Positions 51,918-63,370 of a stretch of DNA of 64,000 nucleotides are shown here, piece after piece. Position numbers and translations under genes: made by a program. The stretch lies in the NCBI GenBank assembly GCA_964515925.1, contig CAZEYP010000006.1, forward strand, positions 11,591-75,590. The letters run 5' to 3'. The notes under the pieces are model-generated. The model made no database searches and was not told where the DNA came from. It was given only the letters and a program-made list of their open reading frames with translations. The stretch's first letter is position 1. Each line of letters starts with the position of its first letter. This DNA comes from an uncultured Nitrospirota bacterium (GTDB lineage: Bacteria > Nitrospirota > Thermodesulfovibrionia > Thermodesulfovibrionales > JdFR-85).

Positions 51918-53363
51918 ATGAGAGGTTTTACCTTTGCAAAGATAGTCTGCACCATTGGTCCTGCATCAGGCACTGAAAAGGTGCTCAGGGCAATGATTAA
52001 AGAGGGCATGAATGTGGGAAGGCTCAATTTTTCACATGGAAGCCACGAAGACCATGAACTGATGCTTCAGAAAATTAGAAATGTATCATCTGAACTGTAT
52101 CGTCCAGTATGCATCTTGCAGGATCTTCAGGGTATAAAAATAAGGATTACCGATGTAGCAAATGGTGCTGTAAAACTTAGAACAGGACAGAGCATAAAGA
52201 TAAGACAGGGTGAGGCAGTAAGCACTGACAGGGAGATATTTATATCCTATCCAGCTCTTCTGAGGGATGTGAAGAAGGGACAGAGGATATTGATAGACGA
52301 TGGCATAATAGTTCTTAATGTGATAAAAAAGGGCAGAGATTATCTTGATGTAAGAGTGAAAGAGGGTGGCATGCTCAAGAGCCGTAAAGGGGTAAACCTT
52401 CCTGAGTCTCGTATCTCACTGAAACCCTTCACTGATAAAGACAGAGCAGACCTTGAGTTTGGGCTGTCAATTGGTGTCGACTATGTTGCCATGAGCTTCG
52501 TTATGAGAGCGAAAGAAGTAGCAGAAATAAAGGAATGGATGAAAAAACGAGGACACCATGTGCCGCTAATAGCAAAAATAGAAAGACCTGAGGCATTGAA
52601 TGAGATTGACAGGATTATAGCCTTCTCAGATGGGATAATGGTAGCAAGAGGTGACCTTGGAGTGGAGGTGCCCACAGAGGAGGTTCCGATTTTACAGAAG
52701 GAACTTGTAAGAAAGGCAAATGAAGCTGGTAAGGTGGTAATCATTGCCACACAGATGCTTGAGTCAATGAGGGAACACACAAGACCAACAAGGGCAGAAG
52801 CTACAGATGTGGCTAATGCAGTGTTTGATGGTGCTGATGCCCTGATGCTTTCAGCGGAGACATCAACCGGTCTTTATCCAGTACAAACCGTCAGGATGAT
52901 GAAAAGGATTATAAGCACAGCAGAAAAAAGTCTTTTGAAAACAGGTATTGGCTCAAGGCTAAATATACAAAAGGTCAAACAGGAAAGCAGGATAAGCTTT
53001 GCTGTAGCTGATGCAGCGTTAAGGGCTGCTTCTGATCTGGGAGCGCGATGCATAGTTGCCTTCACAAGATCAGGATACACTGCCCTTCTTGCGTCCAAGT
53101 GTAAACCCACCGTGCCCGTGGTTGCATTCACACCTGATGAAAGGGTGATGAGAAAGATGACTATTTACTGGGGAGTAAGACCCTTTCTGCTTGAGAACCT
53201 TGAAAGCACAGAGGAGATGATAAGGAAGGTGGATACCGCACTTGTTGAAAACGCTATAGCCCGTAAAGGAGACATTGTTGTTATCCTCTCAGGTTTTCCT
53301 ATTGTTGGTAAAAAGGGAAAGACCGACCTTATGAAGATACATCGCGTGGGGGAGCAGATTTAG
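51918..53363 (+). CDS. pyk: pyruvate kinase
   Basis: 481 aa. KIVCTIGPAS...GMNVGRLNFSHG...MVARGDLGVE. Confidence 0.92.
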   Translation: MRGFTFAKIVCTIGPASGTEKVLRAMIKEGMNVGRLNFSHGSHEDHELMLQKIRNVSSELYRPVCILQDLQGIKIRITDVANGAVKLRTGQSIKIRQGEAVSTDREIFISYPALLRDVKKGQRILIDDGIIVLNVIKKGRDYLDVRVKEGGMLKSRKGVNLPESRISLKPFTDKDRADLEFGLSIGVDYVAMSFVMRAKEVAEIKEWMKKRGHHVPLIAKIERPEALNEIDRIIAFSDGIMVARGDLGVEVPTEEVPILQKELVRKANEAGKVVIIATQMLESMREHTRPTRAEATDVANAVFDGADALMLSAETSTGLYPVQTVRMMKRIISTAEKSLLKTGIGSRLNIQKVKQESRISFAVADAALRAASDLGARCIVAFTRSGYTALLASKCKPTVPVVAFTPDERVMRKMTIYWGVRPFLLENLESTEEMIRKVDTALVENAIARKGDIVVILSGFPIVGKKGKTDLMKIHRVGEQI

Positions 53364-54373
53364 CTGATACCAACATTAAGCATCTTTTCAAAGACCCTTT
53401 CAGGCAGAAGTTCTCTCATACAACGCAGGTCACCGCAGGTCTTCTTAAAACAGGGCTGACAGGGTAATCCTGCAGTTAAAACAATATGCTGTTGTCCATA
53501 GGGGCCTGTTAACACTGGACTTGTTGGCCCAAAGATTGCAATAACAGGGGTTTTTACCGCTGATGCAATGTGCATTGGGCCTGAATCATTGGTTATTACA
53601 AAGGATGCACCTTTAATTATGGAAACAAGTTCTCTTAAAGTAGTTTTTCCTGCTAAATTAACAGTAATACCTCTTGAGAGTTTTGTTATCTTTTCTGCTA
53701 TCTCCTCATCCTTCCGGTTTCCCACAATTACAGGAGTTAAATCTGAAAGACTAAGTTTCTTTGAGATTATGCAAACAAGCTGGGCATAGTATTCAGCCGG
53801 CCAGATCTTTGTTTGCCATCTTGCCCCCGGAATAATAATGTAGTATCTGCCTTCTACAGGTTTTATCTGCTCTATCGGTGGAAGTGGAAACTCCACCTCC
53901 TCTGCTTTTATCCCCAGTGGTTTAAGTAGCTTGAGATACCTGTCAACAGCATGTATCCCTTCGCCACCCTCTATCTTCAGATTGTAAAAAACCGGAGCTC
54001 CTTCTCGAGCATCACTAAAACCAACTCTCTTTTTCGCACCCGACAGGAGACTTATCAGTCCACTCCTGAAAAGACCCTGGACATCAATGCATGTGCTGTA
54101 ATGCTCTAACCTTAGTTTCCCTCTCAGATTCACTATTTCTTTGATGGTATCAAAGATGCTTGCTGGTTTTTTCCAGTTGTCTTTATCAATGATAAAGAGT
54201 TTCCGAATCATGGGATGCCCCTGAAGTATTCCCTCGAATCCCCGTGCCACCACCCAGTCTATTTCTGTTTGTGGATTACTGTTCTTCAAAATATTTAGAA
54301 GAGGAAGGGTATGTATTATGTCACCAAGTGAACTTGGCTTGACTATGAGTATTCTATCAGCCACTTTTTCCAC
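53360..54373 (-). CDS. glycosyltransferase family 9 (LPS heptosyltransferase-like)
   Basis: 337 aa. ILIVKPSSLGDIIHTLPLL, and C-terminal NDSGPMHIA. Confidence 0.8.
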   Translation of the reverse strand: MEKVADRILIVKPSSLGDIIHTLPLLNILKNSNPQTEIDWVVARGFEGILQGHPMIRKLFIIDKDNWKKPASIFDTIKEIVNLRGKLRLEHYSTCIDVQGLFRSGLISLLSGAKKRVGFSDAREGAPVFYNLKIEGGEGIHAVDRYLKLLKPLGIKAEEVEFPLPPIEQIKPVEGRYYIIIPGARWQTKIWPAEYYAQLVCIISKKLSLSDLTPVIVGNRKDEEIAEKITKLSRGITVNLAGKTTLRELVSIIKGASFVITNDSGPMHIASAVKTPVIAIFGPTSPVLTGPYGQQHIVLTAGLPCQPCFKKTCGDLRCMRELLPERVFEKMLNVGIS

Positions 54374-55211
54374 CTGAAAGGGTTAGGTTTTTGCGTTTTT
54401 CTTTCCATAATGCCTCTTTTGTCTTTTGCCACTCGGTAGAGGTCTTTTTCTGTACTATACCAGAGTTGATTATTCGTCTGATTATTATATCGAAGGCCTC
54501 TGGCTTTCTAAAAAACATGGGATGAAGTTCATCCATCACCTTGTCTAATAGTGCGTTAGAAAGGCTTGTGCCAATCGCACTGCAGAGGTCTTCGAGGACG
54601 ATTTTTTCAAGTATACTACGAAAATCATCCCTGTATTTGTAGTTAACATATGGGGGCTTATCATGTTTGAACCATGTTTTTGCTAAGTTCTTGAAATCCT
54701 CCTTTGAACACCTGTTGCTGATTCTTTTATATACAATTGAACAGACCGAGAGAAAACGGTCCTTATCTGTTTTGCCATTTACTGTAGAGAGCTCCTTTTC
54801 AATGTATCCTAACTCTTCCTCGCTGAGATTGATCCCGAGATTGTCTGAAAGGGAGGGTATTATTACATCCTTAAGCATCCTGATTAGTTCGCTGTTATCA
54901 CCGGACGATGGAGTCTGTTGTTTTTTATCTTTCTTAAGGCGCTGGAAATACTCCTTGATGCGTTTGTCGTAATTTCCATTTAGAAGATTTTGCTTTACCC
55001 GTTCATGCAGTTCGTTCTTGATAGACCTGATTTTTTCGCTGATATCACCAGAGGTAACAATCTCTGAATAATCCCTTCTTTCCTCAAGTATGATCATACC
55101 TTTGTAGAAAAGTGTGCTTACCACTACTGGCCTTGAAGAACCTCTGTCTTCTGTCTGGATGTGGAAGACAACTCCCTTGTAGGTAACATTTTCGTTAAGC
55201 CCGATTATCAT
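54357..55211 (-). CDS. hypothetical protein
   Basis: 284 aa. The N-terminal YKGVVFHIQTEDRG beta-rich segment is followed by a helical region. It overlaps the GT9 gene by 17 nt. I cannot name a family with confidence. Confidence 0.5.
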   Translation of the reverse strand: MIIGLNENVTYKGVVFHIQTEDRGSSRPVVVSTLFYKGMIILEERRDYSEIVTSGDISEKIRSIKNELHERVKQNLLNGNYDKRIKEYFQRLKKDKKQQTPSSGDNSELIRMLKDVIIPSLSDNLGINLSEEELGYIEKELSTVNGKTDKDRFLSVCSIVYKRISNRCSKEDFKNLAKTWFKHDKPPYVNYKYRDDFRSILEKIVLEDLCSAIGTSLSNALLDKVMDELHPMFFRKPEAFDIIIRRIINSGIVQKKTSTEWQKTKEALWKEKRKNLTLSGGKSG

Positions 55212-55412
55212 GGTTTCTTCTATTTTATCAAAGTATTAAAGATATTTTGGGTGTTTCTATCTTTTTTCAAATTGACAAATAATACCATATATTTTTAAAT
55301 TAAAAGATAGAAATATTCTCTGTCCAGGGCAATAGCCCTGATACATAACTAAGGTTTAGCGCTGTATTTCAACATAAGGCTATAATTTTATTATATAAAC
55401 TCAGGAGGACTA

Positions 55413-56681
55413 ATGCAGAAGACAGTAGAAGACATCAATCCAACCAAGAAACGTTTTATCATTGAAGTTCCCGCTGATGTGCTGGAAAAAAGAATAACCG
55501 ATGCCTTAAGAAATATCGGAAGGAATGTTAAGATTCCGGGCTTCAGACCTGGAAAGGCACCACTTTCACTTCTTGACAAGAGATTTGGTAGAGAAGTGGA
55601 GACTGATGTGCTTGAAAAGATTATACCCGAATATTATATGAAGGCAATTAAAGAGGAAAATGTAACACCTGTTTCTCCACCTGTTTTTGAGAATTACGAC
55701 TTCAAGAGGCGTGAGCCCTTAAAGATGACCTTTACTGTGGAGATAAGGCCAGAGATAAAGGACATTAAGTATGATGCAATAGAGGTTACCGATGAAGACA
55801 TAGTGGTTACAGAGGAGGATGTTGAAGAAACCATTGAGAGGATAAAGCTTGAAAAGTCAACCTATGAGCAGGTGAAGGAACAAATACAGGATGATGATCT
55901 TGTAATGGTTGATTACGAGGTGGTAGAAGAGGAAAAGAAGGTTGAAAATCAGTTTATAAAGATAGGAAGTGAGGTGCTGCCAGAGGCAATATCAGATGCC
56001 CTGAGGGGAAAGAAAAAAGGAGATGCCTTTGAGGTAACAACAGAGTTTCCAGAGGACTTTGCAAATAAAAACTTTGCAGGCAAAACGCTAACCCTGAAAG
56101 GAACAATAAAGGAGGTAAAGAGACTAAAATTAGCAACCCTTGATGATGAATTTGCAAAAGACCTTGGTTATGAAAATACCGAAAAGCTTCGTGAGGCAGT
56201 AAAAGAGAGTATTGAAAAAGCCAAGAGGGAACTACTGGAGAACAAACAAAAGGGAGAGATTATAGATAAACTACTTCAGATGCACGAGATTGAAGTGCCT
56301 GAAGGACTATTTCAGGAAGAGCTTAACATGCTCATCAATGGTGAAAAACAGAATAAACCTGATGTGGATGAGGAGAAACTGAGAGAGGAGCTGAAGGAAA
56401 AGGCAGAGCGTAATGTGAAGCTAAACCTGTTATTAGACACCATAGCTGAGAAGGAAGGTATTGATATCACCATGGATGAGATAAAACAGAGGATTGCTGA
56501 GCTTTCAAGCAGCATGTATATTACGCCTGATCACTTCATGAAACTCTATCTGCCCAATGAAGAGGCACAGTATATGTTCAGACAGAACCTCGCGCGTGAA
56601 AAGACCCTTGACTTTATCTTCAGCAAATCAGTAAAGGTTAAAAAGACAGAAACAGAGGAAGGAGAAAACAAAGATGAGTAG
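55413..56681 (+). CDS. tig: trigger factor
   Basis: 422 aa. The N-terminal ribosome-binding domain has GFRPGKAP, and the gene lies upstream of clpP-clpX. Confidence 0.9.
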   Translation: MQKTVEDINPTKKRFIIEVPADVLEKRITDALRNIGRNVKIPGFRPGKAPLSLLDKRFGREVETDVLEKIIPEYYMKAIKEENVTPVSPPVFENYDFKRREPLKMTFTVEIRPEIKDIKYDAIEVTDEDIVVTEEDVEETIERIKLEKSTYEQVKEQIQDDDLVMVDYEVVEEEKKVENQFIKIGSEVLPEAISDALRGKKKGDAFEVTTEFPEDFANKNFAGKTLTLKGTIKEVKRLKLATLDDEFAKDLGYENTEKLREAVKESIEKAKRELLENKQKGEIIDKLLQMHEIEVPEGLFQEELNMLINGEKQNKPDVDEEKLREELKEKAERNVKLNLLLDTIAEKEGIDITMDEIKQRIAELSSSMYITPDHFMKLYLPNEEAQYMFRQNLAREKTLDFIFSKSVKVKKTETEEGENKDE

Positions 56682-57285
56682 TATTATTCCAATTGTTATA
56701 GAGCAAACAGGTAGAAGTGAAAGGGCCTATGACATATACTCCAGGCTCCTTAAAGACAGGATCATCTTTATTGGAACCCCTATTGATGATCATGTTGCCA
56801 ACACCGTGATAGCACAGCTTCTGTTCTTACAGACCGAAGACCCTGAAAAGGACATCCATGTATATATCAACTCACCTGGTGGTATAGTCTCCTCAGGGCT
56901 TGCTATCTATGACACCATGCAGTATGTAAAACCTGATATTGCCACCTATTGTCTTGGACAGGCAGCAAGTATGGGTGCACTTCTTTTAGCTGCTGGAACC
57001 AGGGGAAAACGCTTTGCCCTGCCCCATTCACGGATAATGATTCACCAGCCAATGGGTGGTTTTCAAGGGCAGGCAACAGACATCGAGATACATGCACGGG
57101 AGATCCTGAAACTGAAGGAAACTCTCAATAAAATACTATCAAATCACACAGGACAGAGTTTTGAGAAGATACAGGCTGATACTGAAAGGGACTTTTTCAT
57201 GTCAGCAGAGGAGGCAAAGCAGTATGGTATTGTGGATGATGTTATATACAGCATAAAGAAATCCGGAGACGGAGGAAAGGATTAA
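56674..57285 (+). CDS. clpP: ATP-dependent Clp protease proteolytic subunit
   Basis: 203 aa. [26 protein letters not shown]...GQAASMGA...HQP. Confidence 0.93.
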   Translation: MSSIIPIVIEQTGRSERAYDIYSRLLKDRIIFIGTPIDDHVANTVIAQLLFLQTEDPEKDIHVYINSPGGIVSSGLAIYDTMQYVKPDIATYCLGQAASMGALLLAAGTRGKRFALPHSRIMIHQPMGGFQGQATDIEIHAREILKLKETLNKILSNHTGQSFEKIQADTERDFFMSAEEAKQYGIVDDVIYSIKKSGDGGKD

Positions 57286-58523
57286 TGGCAAAGAGGACTG
57301 ACAATAAACTGAATTGCTCATTCTGTGGGAAGACACAGGATGAGGTAAATAAATTGATTGCAGGCCCATCAGTTTATATTTGTAACGAATGTGTAGAACT
57401 CTGCAATGAGATACTGATGGAAGAGGAGGCAGCAGAAGCCAGAGAAGGAAAGGGGATTCCAGAGCTTCCAACACCTCAGGAGATACATGCTGCCCTCAAT
57501 GAATATGTAATAGGACAGGAAAGGGCAAAAAAGATACTCTCGGTTGCGGTTCATAATCATTACAAAAGGATATACAGCTCCCTGAAATCAGATGTGGAGC
57601 TACAAAAGAGCAATATCCTTCTAATAGGACCTACAGGAACAGGAAAAACCCTTCTTGCACAGACCCTTGCAAGGGTGCTTGATGTGCCTTTCTGTATTGC
57701 AGATGCTACCACCCTTACAGAGGCTGGATATGTTGGAGAGGATGTTGAAAACATAATACTGAAGCTGCTTCAGGCAGCCAACTTTGATGTTGAAAAGGCA
57801 CAGAGGGGAATTATTTATATTGACGAGATTGATAAGATCAGCAGGAAAACAGATAGTCCATCTATTACCCGTGATGTTTCGGGTGAAGGAGTGCAGCAGG
57901 CACTGTTGAAGATTATCGAGGGAACTGTGGCAAATGTGCCTCCACAGGGTGGAAGAAAGCATCCTCAGCAGGAGTATATCCAGATAGATACCAAGGATAT
58001 CCTGTTTATCTGTGGGGGTGCATTTGTTGGACTTGAAGAAATTATAAAGCGTCGCACCGGTAAACGGGTAGTGGGTTTTGGTGCTGATGTAACATCCAAA
58101 AATAACATCGGAAATGTTTTAAGTCTCGTTGAGCCCGAGGACCTCATTAAGTATGGCATGATTCCCGAGTTTGTTGGCAGACTCCCTGTGGTTGCAACAC
58201 TTGATGAGTTAACAGAGGACCAGCTTGTAAAGATACTGGTTGAGCCAAAAAATGCCCTTACCAAACAGTATGAAAAACTGCTTGCCCTTGATGATGTGAA
58301 GCTTAGATTTACGGAAGGTGCCCTGAGGGCAATAGCGCGTAAGGCAATTGAGCGTAAAACCGGTGCAAGAGGACTCAGGGCAATCATGGAAGAGGTGATG
58401 CTTGAGATCATGTATGAAGTTCCCTCCAGAAAGAATGTCCGTGAGTGCATTATCAACGAAGAGGTTCTTACGAGAAAGGAAAGGCCCATTTTGATATTTG
58501 AAAAGAGTGTTGAATCAGCGTAA
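57285..58523 (+). CDS. clpX: ATP-dependent Clp protease ATP-binding subunit ClpX
   Basis: 412 aa with the zinc finger CSFCGK..CNEC and Walker A GPTGTGKT. Confidence 0.93.
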   Translation: MAKRTDNKLNCSFCGKTQDEVNKLIAGPSVYICNECVELCNEILMEEEAAEAREGKGIPELPTPQEIHAALNEYVIGQERAKKILSVAVHNHYKRIYSSLKSDVELQKSNILLIGPTGTGKTLLAQTLARVLDVPFCIADATTLTEAGYVGEDVENIILKLLQAANFDVEKAQRGIIYIDEIDKISRKTDSPSITRDVSGEGVQQALLKIIEGTVANVPPQGGRKHPQQEYIQIDTKDILFICGGAFVGLEEIIKRRTGKRVVGFGADVTSKNNIGNVLSLVEPEDLIKYGMIPEFVGRLPVVATLDELTEDQLVKILVEPKNALTKQYEKLLALDDVKLRFTEGALRAIARKAIERKTGARGLRAIMEEVMLEIMYEVPSRKNVRECIINEEVLTRKERPILIFEKSVESA

Positions 58524-58527
58524 CACC

Positions 58528-58962
58528 CTACAGACTGTTTTTCATTGATTTTTTTATAGTAGATTCAAGTGTCTGTCTTAATTCAGGGTCTTTGATCTTT
58601 TCGGTAAGGCTCTGTTTTAGCTCTTCAGGAAGGGATGGTAAGGGATGTTCGCTGTCATTTTGAGGAGGGGTGATTTTTTTAGTTCTGGGTATCCTTCCAA
58701 GGCGAAATCTGATGGATTTTACTTTGTAATCTTTGAGTCTGTTTAATATCCGTTGTTCGTTGAGCTTTAATTCAAAGAGCCATTCATTGGAATCTACTAC
58801 GAGGGTTAGCACTCCCTTTTTTAAAACAGCAGGATAAATGTGCTCTGACAATGGTGCTTTAAAAAGACTTTTCAAATCCCTCCGAAGCCTGTATAGCCTT
58901 AACTCTTCTGTCAGACCAAGTTCGTTAAGCAGGTCCTCCAGGTCTGACCGAAGGGATTTCAT
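58528..58962 (-). CDS. DUF721/DciA-like protein
   Basis: 144 aa. The GVLTLVVDSNEWLFELKLNEQRILNRL pattern is typical of DUF721. Confidence 0.55.
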   Translation of the reverse strand: MKSLRSDLEDLLNELGLTEELRLYRLRRDLKSLFKAPLSEHIYPAVLKKGVLTLVVDSNEWLFELKLNEQRILNRLKDYKVKSIRFRLGRIPRTKKITPPQNDSEHPLPSLPEELKQSLTEKIKDPELRQTLESTIKKSMKNSL

Positions 58963-59147
58963 ATTGCCTTTTTAACTGCTCCTGAGCGAATACAACGGGT
59001 ACATACATATTTGCGTCTCGGGCCCTTTTCCGTCTGAACCCTGATTCGCTGAAGGTTTGGTTTGAAGACCCTCTTGGTCTTTTTGTGTGAGTGACTCACA
59101 TTATTGCCTGATACCTTCTTTTTTCCACAAACATAACACTCTGCCAT
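58959..59147 (-). CDS. rpmB: 50S ribosomal protein L28
   Basis: Only the last 62 codons of ORF 58959..59603 are real: MAECYVCGKKKVSGNNVSHSHKKTKRVFKPNLQ... AGGAGG lies upstream of ATG 59147. Confidence 0.88.
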   Translation of the reverse strand: MAECYVCGKKKVSGNNVSHSHKKTKRVFKPNLQRIRVQTEKGPRRKYVCTRCIRSGAVKKAI

Positions 59148-59256
59148 TTTAATTCCTCCTAACACAAATTCCCTTGTTTGAACAAATTCGGCTAAATATG
59201 ATAACATTTTAAGACAAACAAGACAAGACCCAGAGATTAAAGGAGAATACTTTAAT

Positions 59257-61545
59257 ATGCAAAAAATTAGAATCCGTGAATTTTCAAAACAAATCGGTGT
59301 TACCAATAAAGAGGTTATCAATGAGCTTGAGAAGATGGGTATCACCGGTAAAAAACCTGCCTCAAATATAGAAGGTGATGTCATAGATAAATTAAGAGCG
59401 ATATTTAAAAAGAGCTCTGCCGAAAAATCAGAAACGAAAAAAGACAAGGCCAGGGAGCTTACTGAAAAAGCAGAAAGAGAAAAGCAGAAGGAAATCCCCA
59501 AGATACCTGAAAAACCTGTTGAAGAGGCAAAGAAGAAGGCAGAGGAGTTTATTAAGACAGATGAGGTTGACGAGGAAGATATAACACTTCCCGACCGTTT
59601 CAAAAAAGATGTGTCAGGGCAGAAGGTTGAAAAACTTAAATCAAAGAGCCTCCAGAGGGCCTTTCAGAGCATCCGAAAGATAGAGCCTAAAAAGGTAAAT
59701 TTCAAGACCCATAAAAAGAAGGGTAAGGGAAAAAAGGAGGATAAAAAACAGGAGCCCAAGCACGTCTCGACTGCTGTTCCGAGAAAAAAGGCTGTCAAGA
59801 TTTCAGAAGGGACAACGGTCAAGGAGTTTGCTGAACTCATTGGTATAAAGGCCACAGATGTTATAAAAAAATTCATGGAACTTGGGGCCCTTGTAAATAT
59901 TAACCAGCCTGTTGATATGGATGCAGCGGTGCTTGTTGCAGATGGTTTTGGGATTAAGGTGGAGCCTGCTGTTAAGGAAGAAGATACCCTTGAAATACCA
60001 GAGCCAGAGGATAGACCTGAAGACCTGAAACCAAGGGCACCAGTGGTAACGGTGATGGGGCATGTTGACCATGGTAAAACATCACTGCTTGATGCAATCA
60101 GACAGACAAAGGTTATAGAAACAGAGGCCGGAGGTATTACCCAGCATATAGGTGCCTATAAGGTAAAACTCAAAGGTAAGGAGATAGTGTTTCTTGACAC
60201 CCCAGGACACGAGGCATTCACCACAATGAGGGCAAGAGGCGCTCAGGTTACTGACATCGTTGTACTTGTGGTTGCAGCAGACGATGGAGTGATGCCTCAG
60301 ACCGTGGAGGCCATCAATCATGCAAAGGCAGCAGGCGTTCCTATTATTGTTGCTGTAAACAAGATAGATAAACCAGAGGCAAACCCTCAAAAGGTTAGAA
60401 ACGAACTTGCAGAGCAGGATATTATTCCTGAGGAGTGGGGTGGAAAGAACATTTTTGTGGATATCTCAGCAAAGAAGAAGATAGGAATAGATGACCTGCT
60501 GGAGATGATCATCCTTCAGTCAGAGATAATGGAGTTAAAGGCCAATCCTAACAGACCAGCCAGGGGTGTAATCATTGAGTCAAGATTAGACAGAGGCCGC
60601 GGACCAGTGGCCACTGTGTTGATACAGAACGGAACCCTGAGAGTTGGCGACCCCTTTGTCACAGAGCTTACCCATGGTAAGGTGCGAGCCCTTATAGACG
60701 AACATGGCCGAAGGGTAAAAGAGGCTCTGCCTTCTACTCCGATTGAGGTTATTGGCTTTGAGGAGGTACCACAGGCAGGAGACCACTTTATGGTTGTAGA
60801 AAACGAAAGAAGGGCAAAGGAGATAGCCAATGCAAGACAACATAAGGCCCGACTTGCAGATCTGGCACGTCAGAAAAAGGTGAAGCTGGACGACATCTAC
60901 AAGCAGATTCAGGAAGGCGAAATAAAGATGCTCAATGTAATAATCAAGGCAGATGTGCAGGGCTCAGTGGAGGCATTAAAGGGTGCCCTTGAGAAGATTA
61001 AACACCCCGAGGTGCAGGTAAAGGTAATACATACAGGTGTTGGTGGAATAAATGAATCAGATGTAATGCTTGCTGCAGCATCAAATGCCATAATAATAGG
61101 TTTTAATGTAAGACCCGAACCAAAGGCCTCTCAGGCTGCTGAACGAGAGGGCATTGATATAAGACTCTACAGGGTCATTTACGAGGCTATTGAGGATGTG
61201 AAAAAGGCTCTTGAGGGTCTGCTGGAACCAGAATTAAAAGAAAAGGTTATAGGAAGGGCAGAGGTAAGGGCCACCTTTACTGTATCAAGACTTGGGACCA
61301 TTGCTGGTTGTTATGTGCTTGATGGTGTGATTCAGAGGGCAAGCGATGGTATAAGGATTATCAGAGACAACATAGTTATTTATGAGGGTAAGATTGCCTC
61401 ATTGAAGAGGTTTAAAGAGGATGTCCGTGAGGTTCAGGCTGGTTATGAGTGCGGTATACTTATTGAGAATTTCAATGATATAAAGGTTGGTGACATACTG
61501 GAAAACTTTGTTGTAGAGAAGGTTGCCCAGAAGCTTGGCATATAA
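59257..61545 (+). CDS. infB: translation initiation factor IF-2
   Basis: 762 aa with the GTPase motifs [19 protein letters not shown] and NKID. Confidence 0.93.
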   Translation: MQKIRIREFSKQIGVTNKEVINELEKMGITGKKPASNIEGDVIDKLRAIFKKSSAEKSETKKDKARELTEKAEREKQKEIPKIPEKPVEEAKKKAEEFIKTDEVDEEDITLPDRFKKDVSGQKVEKLKSKSLQRAFQSIRKIEPKKVNFKTHKKKGKGKKEDKKQEPKHVSTAVPRKKAVKISEGTTVKEFAELIGIKATDVIKKFMELGALVNINQPVDMDAAVLVADGFGIKVEPAVKEEDTLEIPEPEDRPEDLKPRAPVVTVMGHVDHGKTSLLDAIRQTKVIETEAGGITQHIGAYKVKLKGKEIVFLDTPGHEAFTTMRARGAQVTDIVVLVVAADDGVMPQTVEAINHAKAAGVPIIVAVNKIDKPEANPQKVRNELAEQDIIPEEWGGKNIFVDISAKKKIGIDDLLEMIILQSEIMELKANPNRPARGVIIESRLDRGRGPVATVLIQNGTLRVGDPFVTELTHGKVRALIDEHGRRVKEALPSTPIEVIGFEEVPQAGDHFMVVENERRAKEIANARQHKARLADLARQKKVKLDDIYKQIQEGEIKMLNVIIKADVQGSVEALKGALEKIKHPEVQVKVIHTGVGGINESDVMLAAASNAIIIGFNVRPEPKASQAAEREGIDIRLYRVIYEAIEDVKKALEGLLEPELKEKVIGRAEVRATFTVSRLGTIAGCYVLDGVIQRASDGIRIIRDNIVIYEGKIASLKRFKEDVREVQAGYECGILIENFNDIKVGDILENFVVEKVAQKLGI

Positions 61546-61630
61546 TCTTTACCTGTATTAAGTTTTTTTGGTTATTGTCAGGGTTGAATGCTCTGAGCAA
61601 ACCTGGAGAAAATAAGGCTATAAAAAACCG

Positions 61631-61906
61631 ATGATAGTGGGGCTACTGACAATTGAGCTATTTCTGCCCGAGGCCAACTCCCTTAAGACAAAGAGATACG
61701 CTATCCGCTCGATAAAGGATAAATTAAAGAAGTTCAATGTCTCAGTTGGTGAACAGCCCAATAACCTCTGGCAGAGGACAACCCTGGCTATCGCATGTGT
61801 TACAACAGACACTCCACATCTTTATAGCACCTTTGAAAAGGTAAAACAGGTAATAACATCTAACAGCTCGGTAGAGCTTTTGAGAGCTGATATTGATATC
61901 CTTTAG
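61631..61906 (+). CDS. DUF503 (YlxP-like) protein
   Basis: 91 aa. MIVGLLTIELFLPEANSLKTKR. It occupies the conserved position between infB and rbfA. Confidence 0.75.
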   Translation: MIVGLLTIELFLPEANSLKTKRYAIRSIKDKLKKFNVSVGEQPNNLWQRTTLAIACVTTDTPHLYSTFEKVKQVITSNSSVELLRADIDIL

Positions 61907-61915
61907 GAGAAAAAC

Positions 61916-62269
61916 ATGCATCCCTATAAAAGGTCTAAAAGGGTAGGAGACCTGTTCAGAGAGGAGATTGCCGAGATAATAATGAACAGGGTTAAGGACC
62001 CAAGGGTCGGGTTTGTTACCGTTACATCGGTTAAGGTCTCTGACGACCTGAGCTATGCAAGGGTTTTTATTAGTGTATTGAAGAAAGAGGATACAGAGGA
62101 GACGCTAAGTGTGCTTAACTCGGCAAGCGGTTTTATACGAAGCGAAATAGGTAAGAGGGTCAGGATAAAAAAACTCCCGAGGTTCGAGTTTTTTGAAGAC
62201 GAAACCCTGGAGTATGGTGCCCGCATAGATAGTCTTCTTAAAAAGCTAAAACAAGAGGAAGGGTCTTGA
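61916..62269 (+). CDS. rbfA: ribosome-binding factor A
   Basis: 117 aa. RSKRVGDLFREEIAEII...DPRVGFVTVTSVKVSDDLSYARVF. Confidence 0.9.
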   Translation: MHPYKRSKRVGDLFREEIAEIIMNRVKDPRVGFVTVTSVKVSDDLSYARVFISVLKKEDTEETLSVLNSASGFIRSEIGKRVRIKKLPRFEFFEDETLEYGARIDSLLKKLKQEEGS

Positions 62270-63225
62270 TAGTACCTGAAGATATTATCAGGTTAATACA
62301 AAAAGAGAATCGTTTTCTTATTGCTTCCCATCTTAACCCCGAAGGTGATGCCATTGGTACAACCCTGGCACTTTATCTTGCACTTAAAGACAGGGGAAAG
62401 GATGTGATTGCATACAATGTAGATGGCGTTCCCTATTTATACGAATTCCTTCCACACTCAGGGGCTTTGATTAAAGACCTTGATAGTGTAACTACCGAAG
62501 AATACATACTTATGCTCGTTGATTGTAATGAACCTGAGAGGGCATCGGTTGAAGAAAAGAGATTTAAAAGTATCGTGGTTATAGATCACCATCTCACGCA
62601 GAAGGAGTTTGGCGATATCAGGTGGATAGAGTCTCGAGCACCTGCTACAGGTATAATGGCATATCATTTGATTAAAGCTCTTGGTATTGAAATCAGCAGG
62701 GACATGGCTGTAAATCTTTACACTGCAATATCCATTGACACTGGTACATTCCGTTACGACAATACCACATCTGAAACCCTGAGGGTGGCTGCAGAACTGA
62801 TAGACAGAGGGGCTGACCCTGCAGAGATTGCAATAAGACTTTACGAATCCTGGACACACAACAGGTTTCAGCTTCTTGTCAGGATGCTTCAAACCCTTGA
62901 GATAATAGATGCTGGACAGTGTAAGATAGCGATTACATACATAACATTGGATATGTTTAGACAGACAGGCACAACAGAGGCAGATACTGAAAACTTTTCA
63001 AATTTTGCCCGTATGATTGACGATGTTGATGTCTCGGTGATGTTCAGAGAGACAGAGCCTAAGAAATGGAAGGCAAGTATGAGGGGGAAAGGCAGGGTAA
63101 ATCTTGCCCGGGTAGCATCTGAACTTGGAGGGGGTGGACATAGAAATGCAGCCGGTTTCAGGGCTGATGGAAGCCTTGAGACTCTGAAGAGGATGTTAAT
63201 TGAGACAATGAGGCAGGGAGTATAG
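62266..63225 (+). CDS. nrnA: DHH/DHHA1 phosphoesterase (NrnA-type oligoribonuclease / pAp phosphatase)
   Basis: 319 aa with the DHH motif VIDHH and the DHHA1 motif GGGGHRNAAG. Confidence 0.8.
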   Translation: MIVPEDIIRLIQKENRFLIASHLNPEGDAIGTTLALYLALKDRGKDVIAYNVDGVPYLYEFLPHSGALIKDLDSVTTEEYILMLVDCNEPERASVEEKRFKSIVVIDHHLTQKEFGDIRWIESRAPATGIMAYHLIKALGIEISRDMAVNLYTAISIDTGTFRYDNTTSETLRVAAELIDRGADPAEIAIRLYESWTHNRFQLLVRMLQTLEIIDAGQCKIAITYITLDMFRQTGTTEADTENFSNFARMIDDVDVSVMFRETEPKKWKASMRGKGRVNLARVASELGGGGHRNAAGFRADGSLETLKRMLIETMRQGV

Positions 63226-63230
63226 AATTA

Positions 63231-63296
63231 GGGAGTAGGTGGTAAAAAAGACAGGGTGTAGGGTGTAGCGGGTAGCGTGTAGGGAGTAGGGTGTAG
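63231..63296 (+). repeat. G-tract heptamer array (second full copy of the composite element)
   Basis: gggagtaggtggtaaaaaagacagggtgtagggtgtagcgggtagcgtgtagggagtagggtgtag. Confidence 0.85.
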
Positions 63297-63301
63297 TTAA
63301 G

Positions 63302-63370
63302 GAACGCGATGAACTCAATGAACGCAATTAACGCAAAGAACTCAAATAACGCAAATAACGCAATTAACGG
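63302..63370 (+). repeat. 9-bp tandem array, 7.6 copies
   Basis: GAACGCGAT GAACTCAAT GAACGCAAT TAACGCAAA GAACTCAAA TAACGCAAA TAACGCAAT TAACGG. Confidence 0.85.

Noticed and set aside
51281-52027. Long antisense ORFs inside well-supported genes (e.g. 51281..52027 248 aa, 31913..32611 232 aa, 57965..58489 174 aa, 15972..16439 155 aa, 40655..41143)
   Set aside because: Each lies opposite a gene with strong family signatures. They show low-complexity or Cys/His/Arg-rich composition typical of antisense frames, and they lack RBS.
59148-59603. N-terminal 152 codons of the 214-aa ORF 58959..59603
   Set aside because: Only the last 62 codons match L28, with its own AGGAGG + ATG at 59147. The extension is low-complexity Ser/Phe-rich sequence antisense to the infB 5' end.
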